A stretch of 64,000 nucleotides of DNA from Amphiscolops sp. MND2022 (Eukaryota), in contig OZ076411.1 in the NCBI GenBank assembly GCA_964187785.1, positions 8,122,001 through 8,186,000 on the forward strand. Reading direction: 5' to 3'. Below are positions 12,400-26,891 of this stretch, in pieces; position 1 is the stretch's first letter; every line of letters starts with the position of its first letter. A program made the translations under genes and the position numbers. The notes under the pieces were generated by a model. That model ran no database searches. It was not told the origin of the DNA and saw only the letters and a program-made list of their open reading frames with translations.

Positions 12400-13203
12400 T
12401 TCCGTAGATCAAATATTGGATTAAGGTGTCCTGATATCAAAAGATTTAAAATGGAAAGATCACATCCTAAAAGCAATCCAAAAAGGGATCAAAGTGTTTC
12501 AATTTATCAGACGTGTGTTACCGTTTAGTCTCTCAACTGGAAAGAAGTTAATGTTGTATAAAACTTTAGTTCTGAGTATTCTTTTGTATGCTTCACCTTG
12601 TTGGGCCCCTTGTTGTTTTAGCCTACAGTGCTTGGAAAATTTCCAGAAAAAGTGCCCCGATGGATCTGTCCTGGCCTGGATTATAAATGTACCTTGGAAA
12701 GATTGGATCTCCTTCCAATTTGTTATCAACTTGTTCGGGCTGATGTCATTCTTCTCTGGAAAATAGTGAACAAGCGTGTCGATTTCGATATTACGATGCC
12801 TCTTAAGCAAAAATGCAATCCAACCAGAAATTCACGTTTTGATCTTTTTGAAATCAGCTACTCCTCAAAGTGGAAATCCATAGAAAAGTTTTGTCTTCGT
12901 GCTCCTTGGATAAGCAATGTGTTACTTACAGATAAAATCATTGACTTCAATTGGCCGTTGGAAAAATTCAAACATGCACTTTCTGAATATTTGAAAAATC
13001 TGACTAGAACAAAGTTTAACTACAATAACATGTGTACCTATCATGTGAAATGTACATGTTCTGTGTGTCGTTCCTGATATCGTATTTCTTCCTGAATATA
13101 AATCTTTCAAACATGTAAATGGAGCATTTATACGTATTGTTGTTTACGCTTCCTGTCTTCAGTGAATTGAGTCTTTTACTACTACTACTACTACTACTAC
13201 TAC
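12400..13203 (+). mobile_element. 5'-truncated CR1/L2-like LINE 3' end with (CTA)n tail
   Basis: …DLKWKDHI…LYKTLVLSILLYASPCWAP…LENFQKK (frameshifted ORF2 C-terminus), ending in a microsatellite tail at 13176-13203. Confidence 0.8.
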
Positions 13204-13357
13204 TTACCTTTCGTAAATGTCTCAGAAAATTTTCGATACTTTTCCTTTCTAATGTGGGGCAAATCCGGTGTATGCACGCTCGCCCTCACTGTCACGAAGA
13301 CCAACTCCCACTACGATCGCTTCGCGGTCTCCGTTCCCGCTAGGTTTTTGATCCTGT

Positions 13358-13677
13358 TTTCAAAACAGGTTGGGTAGGAATGAAGAACTGAATTGACATT
13401 GATTAGTTATGATCGGACTTGGTTTATGTATTTACAATTGCAATTGATGGTAGAAGTGGTTCAGCATCGGGTATATATAGCACCTCGACAGGTACCTGTC
13501 AGTCAACAAAAATTGTGCGGTATCAAGAGTTGTCTGTTGTTTCGCACAAACAGGTACATCAATGTGCGGCATCAAAAGTTGTGTGAGCGATGTCATCTGG
13601 CAGGTACTTGAACCTTAGGGGTCGTGGCTCATTATTTGATCGTTCCCGCCTTGCGAGCAGGATGGCAAACCTTGATA
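13358..13677 (-). repeat. Copia 3' LTR (320 bp)
   Basis: Direct repeat of 19647-19965 and 26892-27210; flanked by TSD CCTGT. Confidence 0.92.
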
Positions 13678-16600
13678 CCACCGCATTGCCGACAGCCGAG
13701 CAAGGTGTTGTTGCGTCTTTGTCTTACCCAGTCCCTTCATGAAAATGTCAGCGCAATTGTCACCACTTGCAATAAACTTCAGATCAATCGACTGATTCTT
13801 CACTGTCTCCCGCACATAGGCCATCCGAGTTGCAAAGTGTTTCGTCTTTGCGCTGTTGTCATCTCTGGTTGCTAATGCTAGGCACGATTGACTTTCCGTG
13901 AACAAAGTCGCTTCCTTTACGGCTTCGCTCAAGGCATGAAGTTCTGCCTCAGTGGTTGAAGTCGCTACACATGTTTGTCGTCTAGCAGCCCACGATATTG
14001 CCCCACTACCCACGTTGAAGCAGAAACCAGTGATGCTTCGTCTATCGTTCTTGCAGCTGGCATAGTCTGAATCCGTGTATCCATTTGGGCCTGTATCATC
14101 GCACTTCATGAAAGTGATGCCCACGTCAGCTGTACCTCTGAGGTAGCGTAACACGTGCTTCGCTGCTTGCCAGTGAGCAAATCCAGGGTTGCTAAGAAAT
14201 CGAGAAAGTAGGTGGGCCGGGAATGCCAGGTCAGGTCGAGTGGACAGCGAGAGGTAAGCAATGCTACCCACCAGGCCTCTGTAGTCATGTCTCAACATTT
14301 GCTGTTGCTCATCTGATCCGTCTTCTGGCATCTGATCCTTCGTCAGATCCAGCTGTTCTGCGAGTGGTGTTGAAGCTGCCTTGCAATCGCCCATACCGTG
14401 TTTGCGAAGTAGGTTGCTCACATACCCCTGATGCTTCATTGTCAGCGAACCGTCACCCCACTTGAAGGAAATTCCCAAGAACCACGTCAGAGGACCGCTT
14501 TCGCCAATGTTGAACCGCTCGCTCATCTTGTAATTTGAACCACGTGGTAAATTGTCTGTCAGTTGACCCGTAAAGAAAATCATCCACCCAGATCACTATC
14601 CAGCACTTGTGACCATTCCTCGTCAGAGTCAGCAAGCAAGGGTCGTGAAGTGATGCCTTGAAGTTGAGCTCAAACAGATGGGAAGAGAGACACTCAAACC
14701 AATTGCTCCCCGATTGCTTTAGTCCATAAAGTGACCGCTTAAGCTTGCACACCATCTGCTTGCCCTTTTGGTACCCCTCTGGCTGCTCCATGTAGATGTC
14801 TTCTTGAATTGGTGCGTTCGGGTATGCTGTCTTTATGTCCATCTGATTGAAATGCATACCCAGCTTCACCCCACATGCCAGGGCAGTTCTGAGTGTAGAC
14901 AGCTTCGCCGTTGGCGAGTAGGTGTCGTGAAAATCAATGCCTGGCGTCTGAGTGAATCACCGTGCCACGAATCGCGCCTTGTACTTTACCACGTTTCCTT
15001 CGTCATCTAGTTTATGAGCAAAATGCCACTTTCCGCTGATGATGCCTTGTCCTGATGGTGGCTTGACAAGCTCCCAGACACCATTTTTTTCCAAAGATTT
15101 GAACTCACTGTCCATCGCTGCTTTCCAGTTGGGATCCGCCAGGGCGTCTGCGGTATTGCTTGGAAGGCCGCTTGAAATCAAAGCATCACAGTGAAGTGCA
15201 AGGTTCTCCAATTCTCTCCCTGTCACATAGTCGCCGAAGTGTTGAGGCGCCCTTCGAGTCCTTCCCGAACATCTGGTTGTCGTCTGCTGCACTGCTGTTG
15301 TACTGTCTGTAACATTGGGTGTCCCTTCATCTGGATTGATGTTATCTTCTGATTCGCCTTGGATTGCATGGGTTTTCGTAGATGTGGTCTCTCATTGTTC
15401 ATCTGACCCCGATTTCAGATCATCAACATCTGATTGAGATGCATCATCGTCCTCGCTCTCCCCTTGGGTGACTGCAGAACCACGTTGGTAAGGAAATGCA
15501 TCATCGTTGAAGTTGACGTTTCGTGATACCCAGACCTTTGGTGCCCTTGTCTCTGACCCGTCTGTTGAGGCTACTACATATGCCTTAGAATTTCCCGAGT
15601 ATCCCAGTAGAATAGCTTCCCGTGCCTTGCTGTCCAGCTTCTTCCTGACTTCGTTGAGCACAAACGACTGGCACCCAAACACGTGAAGATGTGAAAGGTC
15701 AGGCTTGCTTCCGTGAAACATCTCAAAAGGCTGTTGTCATCTCTGGTTGTTAATGCTAGGCACGATTGACTTTCCGTGAACAAAGTCGTCGCTATGGATT
15801 CTCCAAGAGTGTCCAGAATCCCCCGCAAATGCACCGCTTCCTTTACGGCTTCGCTCAAGGCATGAAGTTCTGCCTCAGTGGTTGAAGTCGCTACACATGT
15901 TTGTCGTCTAGCAGCACACGATATTGCCCCACTACCCACGTTGAAGCAGAAACCAGTGATGCTTCGTCTATCGTTCTTGCAGCTGGCATAGTCTGAATCC
16001 GTGTATCCATTTGGGCCTGTATCATCGCACTTCATGAAAGTGATGCCCACGTCAGCTGTACCTCTGAGGTAGCGTAACACGTGCTTCGCTGCTTGCCAGT
16101 GAGCAAATCCAGGGTTGCTAAGAAATCGAGAAAGTAGGTTGGCCGGGAATGCCAGGTCAGGTCGAGTGGACAGCGAGAGGTAAGCAATGCTACCCACCAG
16201 GCCTCTGTAGTCATGTCTCAACATTTGCTGTTGCTCATCTGATCCGTCTTCTGGCATCTGATCCTTCGTCAGATCCAGCTGTTCTGCGAGTGGTGTTGAA
16301 GCTGCCTTGCACTCGCCCATACCGTGTTTGCGAAGTAGGTTGCTCACATACCCCTGATGCTTCATTGTCAGCGAACCGTCACCCCACTTGAAGGAAATTC
16401 CCAAGAACCACGTCAGAGGACCGCTTTCGCCAATGTTGAACCGCTCGCTCATCTTGTAATTTGAACCAAGTGGTAAATTGTCTGTCAGTTGACCCGTAAA
16501 GAAAATCATCCACCCAGATCACTATCCAGCACTTGTGACCATTCCTAGTCAGAGTCAGCAAGCAAGGGTCGTGAAGTGATGCCTTGAAGTTGAGCTCAAA

Positions 16601-19600
16601 CAGATGGGAAGAGAGACACTCAAACCAATTGCTCCCCGATTGCTTTAGTCCATAAAGTGACCGCTTAAGCTTGCACACCACCTGCTTGCCCTTTTGGTAC
16701 CCCTCTGGCTGCTCCATGTAGATGTCTTCTTGAATTGGTGCGTTCGGGTATGCTGTCTTTATGTCCATCTGATTGAAATGCATACCCAGCTTCACCCCAC
16801 ATGCCAGGGCAGTTCTGAGTGTAGACAGCTTCGCCGTTGGTGAGTAGGTGTCGTGAAAATCAATGCCTGGCGTCTGAGTGAATCCCCGTGCCACGAATCG
16901 CGCCTTGTACTTTACCACGTTTCCTTCGTCATCTAGTTTATGAGCAAAATGCCACTTTCCGCTGATGATGCCTTGTCCTGATGGTGGCTTGACTAGCTCC
17001 CAGACACCATTTTTTTCCAAAGATTTGAACTCACTGTCCATCGCTGCTTCCCAGTTGGGATCCGCCAGGGCGTCTGCGGTATTGCTTGGAAGGCCGCTTG
17101 AAATCAAAGCATCACAGTGAAGTGCAAGGTTCTCCAATTCTCTCCCTGTCACATAGTCGCCGAAGTGTTGAGGCGCCCTTCGAGTCCTTCCCGAACATCT
17201 GGTTGTCGTCTGTTGCACTGCTGTTGTACTGTCTGTAACATTGGGTGTCCCTTCATCTGGATTGATGTTATCTTCTGATTCGCCTTGGATTGCATGGGTT
17301 TTCGTAGATGTGGTCTCTCATTGTTCATCTGACCCCGATTTCAGATCATCAACATCTGATTGAGATGCATCATCGTCCTCGCTCTCCCCTTGGGTGACTG
17401 CAGAACCACGTTGGTAAGGAAATGCATCATCGTTGAAGTTGACGTTTCGTGATACCCAGACCTTTGGTGCCCTTGTCTCTGACCCGTCTGTTGAGGCTAC
17501 TACATATGCCTTAGAATTTCCCGAGTATCCCAGTAGAATAGCTTCCCGTGCCTTGCTGTCCAGCTTCTTCCTGACTTCGTTGAGCACAAACGACTGGCAC
17601 CCAAACACGTGAAGATGTGAAAGGTCAGGCTTGCTTCCGTGAAACATCTCAAAAGGGGTCTTGCCATGCGCCGAGTGGATTGATCGATTCTTCAGGTAGA
17701 TGGCAGTTGAAAGAGGAAAAGGCCAAAACTGCTTTGGGACCCCTGCAGTTGCCATCATGCATCGCGTCATGCCAGTCACAGTGCCCAATGCTCGCTCGAT
17801 TTTGCCGTTTTCTTCGGGTGTGTAGGGAGCAGAGAACTCCTGTTTGATGCCATTGGATGTGCACAAGTCACTGAATTGCTTTGACTTGAACTCGAGAGCC
17901 CCGTCTGAAACCAAGGTGCCAGCAGGCCAACATCGATGATGAATCGTTGTAACTTTGCGGTGACCTCATCTTTTGACTTCATTGGGTAAACTGCCCCGAA
18001 ACGGCTGTAACTGTCGATGAAACCCACTGCATAGCGAAAACCCTCATGGGACTCCTGCTGAATGGGCCCGAACACGTCTGTGTGAACGATAGCCAGTTTC
18101 GTTTTCGCTCGAGTGCCCCACGTCTTCGGAATGGATGCCCGCTTCGCCTTCTCGGTGCAGCTGATGTTGCAGTTCGTCTTCTTTTCGGAGCCAGAGATGT
18201 TCACGCCCACAACCTCTTGCTGCAACTTTGCCACATCGTGCCAGTTGTTGTGCCCCATCACTCGATGCCAGTGCTTGATAGAGTGAGACATCAATGCTAG
18301 TGACCCGTCTCCACAGGTTGAGCCATCACAGTGAAAAGTTCGTCGTTTGTCATCATTGGCACAACAGTTCCATTGGGCATCTTGATGGTTGGGTCGTCAT
18401 TGAACTGGATCATTGCCCCCTTGTCCGTCAATTGCTTGACCGACACCAGATTCCTCGCGTAGGATGGTACCCAGAAGGCATCCTTCAGTTCCAGCAGACA
18501 AGAACGGCCCGTATTGTCCTTCACAAAGCATCGCACTGTCCCACGTCCTCTGATCTCTGAACGACTGCTGTTAGCGTTGCATAGGTCCGCCAGAAAATCC
18601 TCGTCCAGATCAGAGAAGAGCTCTTGTTCTTGATCATGAAGCCGTTGCACCCAGAGTCAATGAGAAGCTCAATGCTCCCCTTGTCGTAGCAACCAGCCCT
18701 GAAAGCCCCGAAGCTGAAGAAGTCCGCTGATGAATGGTTGCTGGATTGACCCGAGCCACATCCTCCACTTGAGCTCTTTTGCTGTCCCTTCCTGCAAGTT
18801 GAAGCCAGAGGCCCCTTCTGACCACTGTTGAAGCAAGTCCTCGTCTCCCGACTGTGGCAGTTTTTAGCTCGGTGCCCCATCTTTCCACACTTGAAGCACT
18901 TTGAAGGCTTCCTCCCGGCTGAGTGAAATGCTGTCATCGATGTCTCGCTGGAAACACAGAGACCCCTGGTTGCTGCGAAGTTGACCAAGTCCTGCTTCAT
19001 CTCGTAGTACCCCTTTGCTGTGCCGAAGTTGAGGACTGCCACCACACTGTCGAAGTCACTTGGAAGACCCTTGAGAATCATGGCTGTGAAGAGAGCATCT
19101 GAGACCACTTCCCCCGCTTCAGCCAGATCCAGTTTGAGCCCTTCTGCTTTGGTGAGGTAGTCAGTCACCTTCTCCCCTGATGTCATCTTGAGACCAGTAA
19201 GCTGTGTCATCAGTGATTGAACACGAGGCCGCTCAGTTGATTTGTGGAGCTTCGTCAAAGCTGCCCAGGCTGCAGTCCCATTCGGCTTGTGCCCTCTGAT
19301 GAAGTTGATGCTTGCCTTGTCAAGGCACTGAACCAGCTCGCACCACACCATGTACTGTAGTTTGGCTCGATCTGCTTCTTCCCCCTCTCGCTTGACACGT
19401 TCATCATTCGTCTCCACATCCTTTTGAGGTGTTGTTTTGATTCTGTCCAGAAGGCAGTCAGAAAGTCCCAGGGCATAGACTCTTGCTTCGAACTGCTCCA
19501 GAAAAGTGGGGAAGTCATCCTCTCGTCCACTAAACAGCAGCTTCTCTTGTCGAGAGTGTCGTGGTGCCTTCATCGTGATCTGCGCTGGTTAGGCTGTGAT

Positions 19601-19646
19601 CAGCTAAGTAGATGGCGTCGTCTGAGAAGCTGCTGGGCCCAAAACC

Positions 19647-19965
19647 TTTCAAAACAGGTTGGGTAGGAATGAAGAACTGAATTGAGATTGATTAGTTATG
19701 ATCAGACTTGGTTTATGTATTTACAATTGCAATTGATGGTAGAAGTGGTTCAGCATCGGGTTATATAGCATCGCGACAGGTACCTGTCAGTCAACAAAAA
19801 TTGTGCGGTATCAAGAGTTGTCTGTTGTTTGGCACAAACAGGTACATCAATGTGCGGCATCAAAAGTTGTGTGAGCGATGTCATCTGGCAGGTACTTGAA
19901 CCTTAGGGGTCGTGGCTCATTATTTGATCGTTCCCGCCTTGCGAGCCGGATGGCAAACCTTGATA
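19647..19965 (-). repeat. Copia shared middle LTR (319 bp)
   Basis: Preceded in element orientation by a G-run PPT (gcggggg) and followed by a PBS at 19633-19646. Confidence 0.92.
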
Positions 19966-22900
19966 CCCCCGCATTGCCGACAGCCGAGCAAGGTGTTGTT
20001 GCGTCTTTGTCTTACCCAGTCCCTTCATGAAAATGTCAGCGCAATTGTCACCACTTGCAATAAACTTCAGATCAATCGACTGATTCTTCACTGTCTCCCG
20101 CACATAGGCCATCCGAGTTGCAAAGTGTTTCGTCTTTGCGCTGTTGTCATCTCTGGTTGCTAATGCTAGGCACGATTGACTTTCCGTGAACAAAGTCGTC
20201 GCTATGGATTCTCCAAGAGTGTCCAGAATCCCCCGCAAATGCACCGCTTCCTTTACGGCTTCGCTCAAGGCATGAAGTTCTGCCTCAGTGGTTGAAGTCG
20301 CTACACATGTTTGTCGTCTAGCAGCCCACGATATTGCCCCACTACCCACGTTGAAGCAGAAACCAGTGATGCTTCGTCTATCGTTCTTGCAGCTGGCATA
20401 GTCTGAATCCGTGTATCCATTTGGGCCTGTATCATCGCACTTCATGAAAGTGATGCCCACGTCAGCTGTACCTCTGAGGTAGCGTAACACGTGCTTCGCT
20501 GCTTGCCAGTGAGCAAATCCAGGGTTGCTAAGAAATCGAGAAAGTAGGTGGGCCGGGAATGCCAGGTCAGGTCGAGTGGACAGCGAGAGGTAAGCAATGC
20601 TACCCACCAGGCCTCTGTAGTCATGTCTCAACATTTGCTGTTGCTCATCTGATCCGTCTTCCGGCATCTGATCCTTCGTCAGATCCAGCTGTTCTGCGAG
20701 TGGTGTTGAAGCTGCCTTGCAATCGCCCATACCGTGTTTGCGAAGTAGGTTGCTCACATACCCCTGATGCTTCATTGTCAGCGAACCGTCACCCCACTTG
20801 AAGGAAATTCCCAAGAACCACGTCAGAGGACCGCTTTCGCCAATGTTGAACCGCTCGCTCATCTTGTAATTTGAACCACGTGGTAAATTGTCTGTCAGTT
20901 GACCCGTAAAGAAAATCATCCACCCAGATCACTATCCAGCACTTGTGACCATTCCTCGTCAGAGTCAGCAAGCAAGGGTCGTGAAGTGATGCCTTGAAGT
21001 TGAGCTCAAACAGATGGGAAGAGAGACACTCAAACCAATTGCTCCCCGATTGCTTTAGTCCATAAAGTGACCGCTTAAGCTTGCACACCATCTGCTTGCC
21101 CTTTTGGTACCCCTCTGGCTGCTCCATGTAGATGTCTTCTTGAATTGGTGCGTTCGGGTATGCTGTCTTTATGTCCATCTGATTGAAATGCATACCCAGC
21201 TTCACCCCACATGCCAGGGCAGTTCTGAGTGTAGACAGCTTCGCCGTTGGTGAGTAGGTGTCGTGAAAATCAATGCCTGGCGTCTGAGTGAATCACCGTG
21301 CCACGAATCGCGCCTTGTACTTTACCACGTTTCCTTCGTCATCTATTTTATGAGCAAAATGCCACTTTCTGATTGAGATGCATCATCGTCCTCGCTCTCC
21401 CCTTGGGTGACTGCAGAACCACGTTGGTAAGGAAATGCATCATCGTTGAAGTTGACGTTTCGTGATACCCAGACCTTTGGTGCCCTTGTCTCTGACCCGT
21501 CTGTTGAGGCTACTACATATGCCTTAGAATTTCCCGAGTATCCCAGTAGAATAGCTTCCCGTGCCTTGCTGTCCAGCTTCTTCCTGACTTCGTTGAGCAC
21601 AAACGACTGGCACCCAAACACGTGAAGATGTGAAAGGTCAGGCTTGCTTCCGTGAAACATCTCTCTACCCCTGATGCTTCATTGTCAGCGAACCGTCACC
21701 CCACTTGAAGGAAATTTCCAAGAACCACGTCAGAGGACCGCTTTCGCCAATGTTGAACCGCTCGCTCATCTTGTAATTTGAACCACGTGGTAAATTGTCT
21801 GTCAGTTGACCCGTAAAGAAAATCATCCACCCAGATCACTATCCAGCACTTGTGACCATTCCTCGTCAGAGTCAGCAAGCAAGGGTCGTGAAGTGATGCC
21901 TTGAAGTTGAGCTCAAACAGATGGGAAGAGAGACACTCAAACCAATTGCTCCCCGATTGCTTTAGTCCATAAAGTGACCGCTTAAGCTTGCACACCATCT
22001 GCTTGCCCTTTTGGTACCCCTCTGGCTGCTCCATGTAGATGTCTTCTTGAATTGGTGCGTTCGGGTATGCTGTCTTTATGTCCATCTGATTGAAATGCAT
22101 ACCCAGCTTCACCCCACATGCCAGGGCAGTTCTGAGTGTAGACAGCTTCGCCGTTGGTGAGTAGGTGTCGTGAAAATCAATGCCTGGCGTCTGAGTGAAT
22201 CCCCGTGCCACGAATCGCGCCTTGTACTTTACCACGTTTCCTTCGTCATCTAGTTTATGAGCAAAATGCCACTTTCCGCTGATGATGCCTTGTCCTGATG
22301 GTGGCTTGACTAGCTCCCAGACACCATTTTTTTCCAAAGATTTGAACTCACTGTCCATCGCTGCTTTCCAGTTGGGATCCGCCAGGGCGTCTGCGGTATT
22401 GCTTGGAAGGCCGCTTGAAATCAAAGCATCACAGTGAAGTGCAAGGTTCTCCAATTCTCTCCCTGTCACATAGTCGCCGAAGTGTTGAGGCGCCCTTCGA
22501 GTCCTTCCCGAACATCTGGTTGTCGTCTGCTGCACTGCTGTTGTACTGTCTGTAACATTGGGTGTCCCTTCATCTGGATTGATGTTATCTTCTGATTCGC
22601 CTTGGATTGCATGGGTTTTCGTAGATGTGGTCTCTCATTGTTCATCTGACCCCGATTTCAGATCATCAACATCTGATTGAGATGCATCATCGTCCTCGCT
22701 CTCCCCTTGGGTGACTGCAGAACCACGTTGGTAAGGAAATGCATCATCGTTGAAGTTGACGTTTCGTGATACCCAGACCTTTGGTGCCCTTGTCTCTGAC
22801 CCGTCTGTTGAGGCTACTACATATGCCTTAGAATTTCCCGAGTATCCCAGTAGAATAGCTTCCCGTGCCTTGCTGTCCAGCTTCTTCCTGACTTCGTTGA

Positions 22901-22972
22901 GCACAAACGACTGGCACCCAAACACGTGAAGATGTGAAAGGTCAGGCTTGCTTCCGTGAAACATCTCAAAAG

Positions 22973-25538
22973 GCTGTTGTCATCTCTGGTTGCTAATGCT
23001 AGGCACGATTGACTTTCCGTGAACAAAGTCGTCGCTATGGATTCTCCAAGAGTGTCCAGAATCCCCCGCAAATGCACCGCTTCCTTTACGGCTTCGCTCA
23101 AGGCATGAAGTTCTGCCTCAGTGGTTGAAGTCGCTACACATGTTTGTCGTCTAGCAGCCCACGATATTGCCCCACTACCCACGTTGAAGCAGAAACCAGT
23201 GATGCTTCGTCTATCGTTCTTGCAGCTGGCATAGTCTGAATCCGTGTATCCATTTGGGCCTGTATCATCGCACTTCATGAAAGTGATGCCCACGTCAGCT
23301 GTACCTCTGAGGTAGCGTAACACGTGCTTCGCTGCTTGCCAGTGAGCAAATCCAGGGTTGCTAAGAAATCGAGAAAGTAGGTGGGCCGGGAATGCCAGGT
23401 CAGGTCGAGTGGACAGCGAGAGGTAAGCAATGCTACCCACCAGGCCTCTGTAGTCATGTCTCAACATTTGCTGTTGCTCATCTGATCCGTCTTCTGGCAT
23501 CTGATCCTTCGTCAGATCCAGCTGTTCTGCGAGTGGTGTTGAAGCTGCCTTGCACTCGCCCATACCGTGTTTGCGAAGTAGGTTGCTCACATACCCCTGA
23601 TGCTTCATTGTCAGCGAACCGTCACCCCACTTGAAGGAAATTCCCAAGAACCACGTCAGAGGACCGCTTTCGCCAATGTTGAACCGCTCGCTCATCTTGT
23701 AATTTGAACCACGTGGTAAATTGTCTGTCAGTTGACCCGTAAAGAAAATCATCCACCCAAATCACTATCCAGCACTTGTGACCATTCCTAGTCAGAGTCA
23801 GCAAGCAAGGGTCGTGAAGTGATGCCTTGAAGTTGAGCCCAAACAGATGGGAAGAGAGACACTCAAACCAATTGCTCCCCGATTGCTTTAGTCCATAAAG
23901 TGACCGCTTAAGCTTGCACACCATCTGCTTGCCCTTTTGGTACCCCTCTGGCTGCTCCATGTAGATGTCTTCTTGAATTGGTGCGTTCGGGTATGCTGTC
24001 TTTATGTCCATCTGATTGAAATGCATACCCAGCTTCACCCCACATGCCAGGGCAGTTCTGAGTGTAGACAGCTTCGCCGTTGGTGAGTAGGTGTCGTGAA
24101 AATCAATGCCTGGCGTCTGAGTGAATCCCCGTGCCACGAATCGCGCCTTGTACTTTACCACGTTTCCTTCGTCATCTAGTTTATGAGCAAAATGCCACTT
24201 TCCGCTGATGATGCCTTGTCCTGATGGTGGCTTGACTAGCTCCCAGACACCATTTTTTTCCAAAGATTTGAACTCACTGTCCATCGCTGCTTCCCAGTTG
24301 GGATCCGCCAGGGCGTCTGCGGTATTGCTTGGAAGGCCGCTTGAAATCAAAGCATCACAGTGAAGTGCAAGGTTCTCCAATTCTCTCCCTGTCACATAGT
24401 CGCCGAAGTGTTGAGGCGCCCTTCGAGTCCTTCCCGAACATCTGGTTGTCGTCTGTTGCACTGCTGTTGTACTGTCTGTAACATTGGGTGTCCCTTCATC
24501 TGGATTGATGTTATCTTCTGATTCGCCTTGGATTGCATGGGTTTTCGTAGATGTGGTCTCTCATTGTTCATCTGACCCCGATTTCAGATCATCAACATCT
24601 GATTGAGATGCATCATCGTCCTCGCTCTCCCCTTGGGTGACTGCAGAACCACGTTGGTAAGGAAATGCATCATCGTTGAAGTTGACGTTTCGTGATACCC
24701 AGACCTTTGGTGCCCTTGTCTCTGACCCGTCTGTTGAGGCTACTACATATGCCTTAGAATTTCCCGAGTATCCCAGTAGAATAGCTTCCCGTGCCTTGCT
24801 GTCCAGCTTCTTCCTGACTTCGTTGAGCACAAACGACTGGCACCCAAACACGTGAAGATGTGAAAGGTCAGGCTTGCTTCCGTGAAACATCTCAAAAGGG
24901 GTCTTGCCATGCGCCGAGTGGATTGATCGATTCTTCAGGTAGATGGCAGTTGAAAGAGCAAAAGGCCAAAACTGCTTTGGGACCCCTGCAGCTGCCATCA
25001 TGCATCGCGTCATGCCAGTCACAGTGCCCAATGCTCGCTCGATTTTGCCGTTTTCTTCGGGTGTGTAGGGAGCAGAGAACTCCTGTTTGATGCCATTGGA
25101 TGTGCACAAGTCACTGAATTGCTTTGACTTGAACTCGAGAGCCCCGTCTGAAACCAAGGTGCCAGGCCGGCCAACATCGATGATGAATCGTTGTAACTTT
25201 GCGGTGACCTCATCTTTTGACTTCATTGGGTAAACTGCCCCGAAACGGCTGTAACTGTCGATGAAGCCCACTGCATAGCGAAAACCCTCGTGGGACTCCT
25301 GCTGAATGGGCCCGAACACGTCTGTGTGAACGATAGCCAGTTTCGTTTTCGCTCGAGTGCCCCACGTCTTCGGAATGGATGCCCGCTTCGCCTTCTCGGT
25401 GCAGCTGATGTTGCAGTTCGTCTTCTTTTCGGAGCCAGAGATGTTCACGCCCACAACCTCTTGCTGCAACTTTGCCACATCGTGCCAGTTGTTGTGCCCC
25501 ATCACTCGATGCCAGTGCTTGATAGAGTGAGACATCAA
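22973..25538 (-). pseudogene. Copia integrase-RT-RNase H, disrupted; partial copies also at 13678-19646 and 19966-22972
   Basis: In-frame TGA at 24561 between IN and RT, a +1 frameshift after WVDD, and the RNase H end replaced by a duplication junction. Confidence 0.9.
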
Positions 25539-25540
25539 TG

Positions 25541-26818
25541 CTAGTGACCCGTCTCCAAAGGTTGAGCCATCACAGTGAAAAGTTCGTCGTTTGTCATCAT
25601 TGGCACAACAGTTCCATTGGGCATCTTGATGGTTGGGTCGTCATTGAACTGGATCATTGCCCCCTTGTCCGTCAATTGCTTGACCGACACCAGATTCCTC
25701 GCGTAGGATGGTACCCAGAAGGCATCCTTCAGTTCCAGCAGACAAGAACGGCCCGTATTGTCCTTCACAAAGCATCGCACTGTCCCACGTCCTCTGATCT
25801 CTGAACGACTGCTGTTAGCGTTGCATACGTCCGCCAGAAAACCCTCGTCCAGATCAGAGAAGAGCTCTTTGTTCTTGATCATGAAGCCGTTGCACCCAGA
25901 GTCAATGAGAAGCTCAATGCTCCCCTTGTCGTAGCAACCAGCCCTGAAAGCCCCGAAGCTGAAGAAGTCCGCTGATGAATGGTTGCTGGATTGACCCGAG
26001 CCACATCCTCCACTTGAGCTCTTTTGCTGTCCCTTCCTGCAAGTTGAAGCCAGAGGCCCCTTCTGACCACAGTTGAAGCAAGTCCTCGTCTCCCGACTGT
26101 GGCAGTTTTTAGCTCGGTGCCCCATCTTTCCACACTTGAAGCACTTTGAAGGCTTCCTCCCGGCTGAGTGAAATGCTGTCATCGATGTCTCGCTGGAAAC
26201 ACAGAGACCCCTGGTTGCTGCGAAGTTGACCAAGTCCTGCTTCATCTCGTAGTACCCCTTTGCTGTGCCGAAGTTGAGGACTGCCACCACACTGTCGAAG
26301 TCACTTGGAAGACCCTTGAGAATCATGGCTGTGAAGAGAGCATCTGAGACCACTTCCCCCGCTTCAGCCAGATCCAGTTTGAGCCCTTCTGCTTTGGTGA
26401 GGTAGTCAGTCACCTTCTCCCCTGATGTCATCTTGAGACCAGTAAGCTGTGTCATCAGTGATTGAACACGAGGCCGCTCAGTTGATTTGTGGAGCTTCGT
26501 CAAAGCTGCCCAGGCTGCAGTCCCATTCGGCTTGTGCCCTCTGATGAAGTTGATGCTTGCCTTGTCAAGGCACTGAACCAGCTCGCACCACACCATGTAC
26601 TGTAGTTTGGCTCGATCTGCTTCTTCCCCCTCTCGCTTGACACGTTCATCATTCGTCTCCACATCCTTTTGAGGTGTTGTTTTGATTCTGTCCAGAAGGC
26701 AGTCAGAAAGTCCCAGGGCATAGACTCTTGCTTCGAACTGCTCCAGAAAAGTGGGGAAGTCATCCTCTCGTCCACTAAACAGCAGCTTCTCTTGTCGAGA
26801 GTGTCGTGGTGCCTTCAT
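25541..26818 (-). pseudogene. Copia gag-protease; second copy 18297-19573 is frameshifted
   Basis: Two CCHC knuckles and DSGC protease motif; frame break to integrase at about 25540. Confidence 0.9.
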
Positions 26819-26877
26819 CGTGATCTGCGCTGGTTAGGCTGTGATCAGCTAAGTAGATGGCGTCGTCTGAGAAGCTG

Positions 26878-26891
26878 CTGGGCCCAAAACC
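26878..26891 (-). promoter_or_regulatory. Primer-binding site GGTTTTGGGCCCAG (half-tRNA-iMet type)
   Basis: Abuts the 5' LTR; one mismatch to GGTTATGGGCCCAG known from Drosophila copia-type elements. Repeated at 19633-19646. Confidence 0.8.

Noticed and set aside
24561-25541. Programmed readthrough/frameshift or UGA recoding in the Copia
   Set aside because: Three separate breaks plus substitutions at conserved residues (GPL in a CCHC knuckle, TES in RNase H) indicate decay. Cyclin C ends at TGA, so the code is standard.
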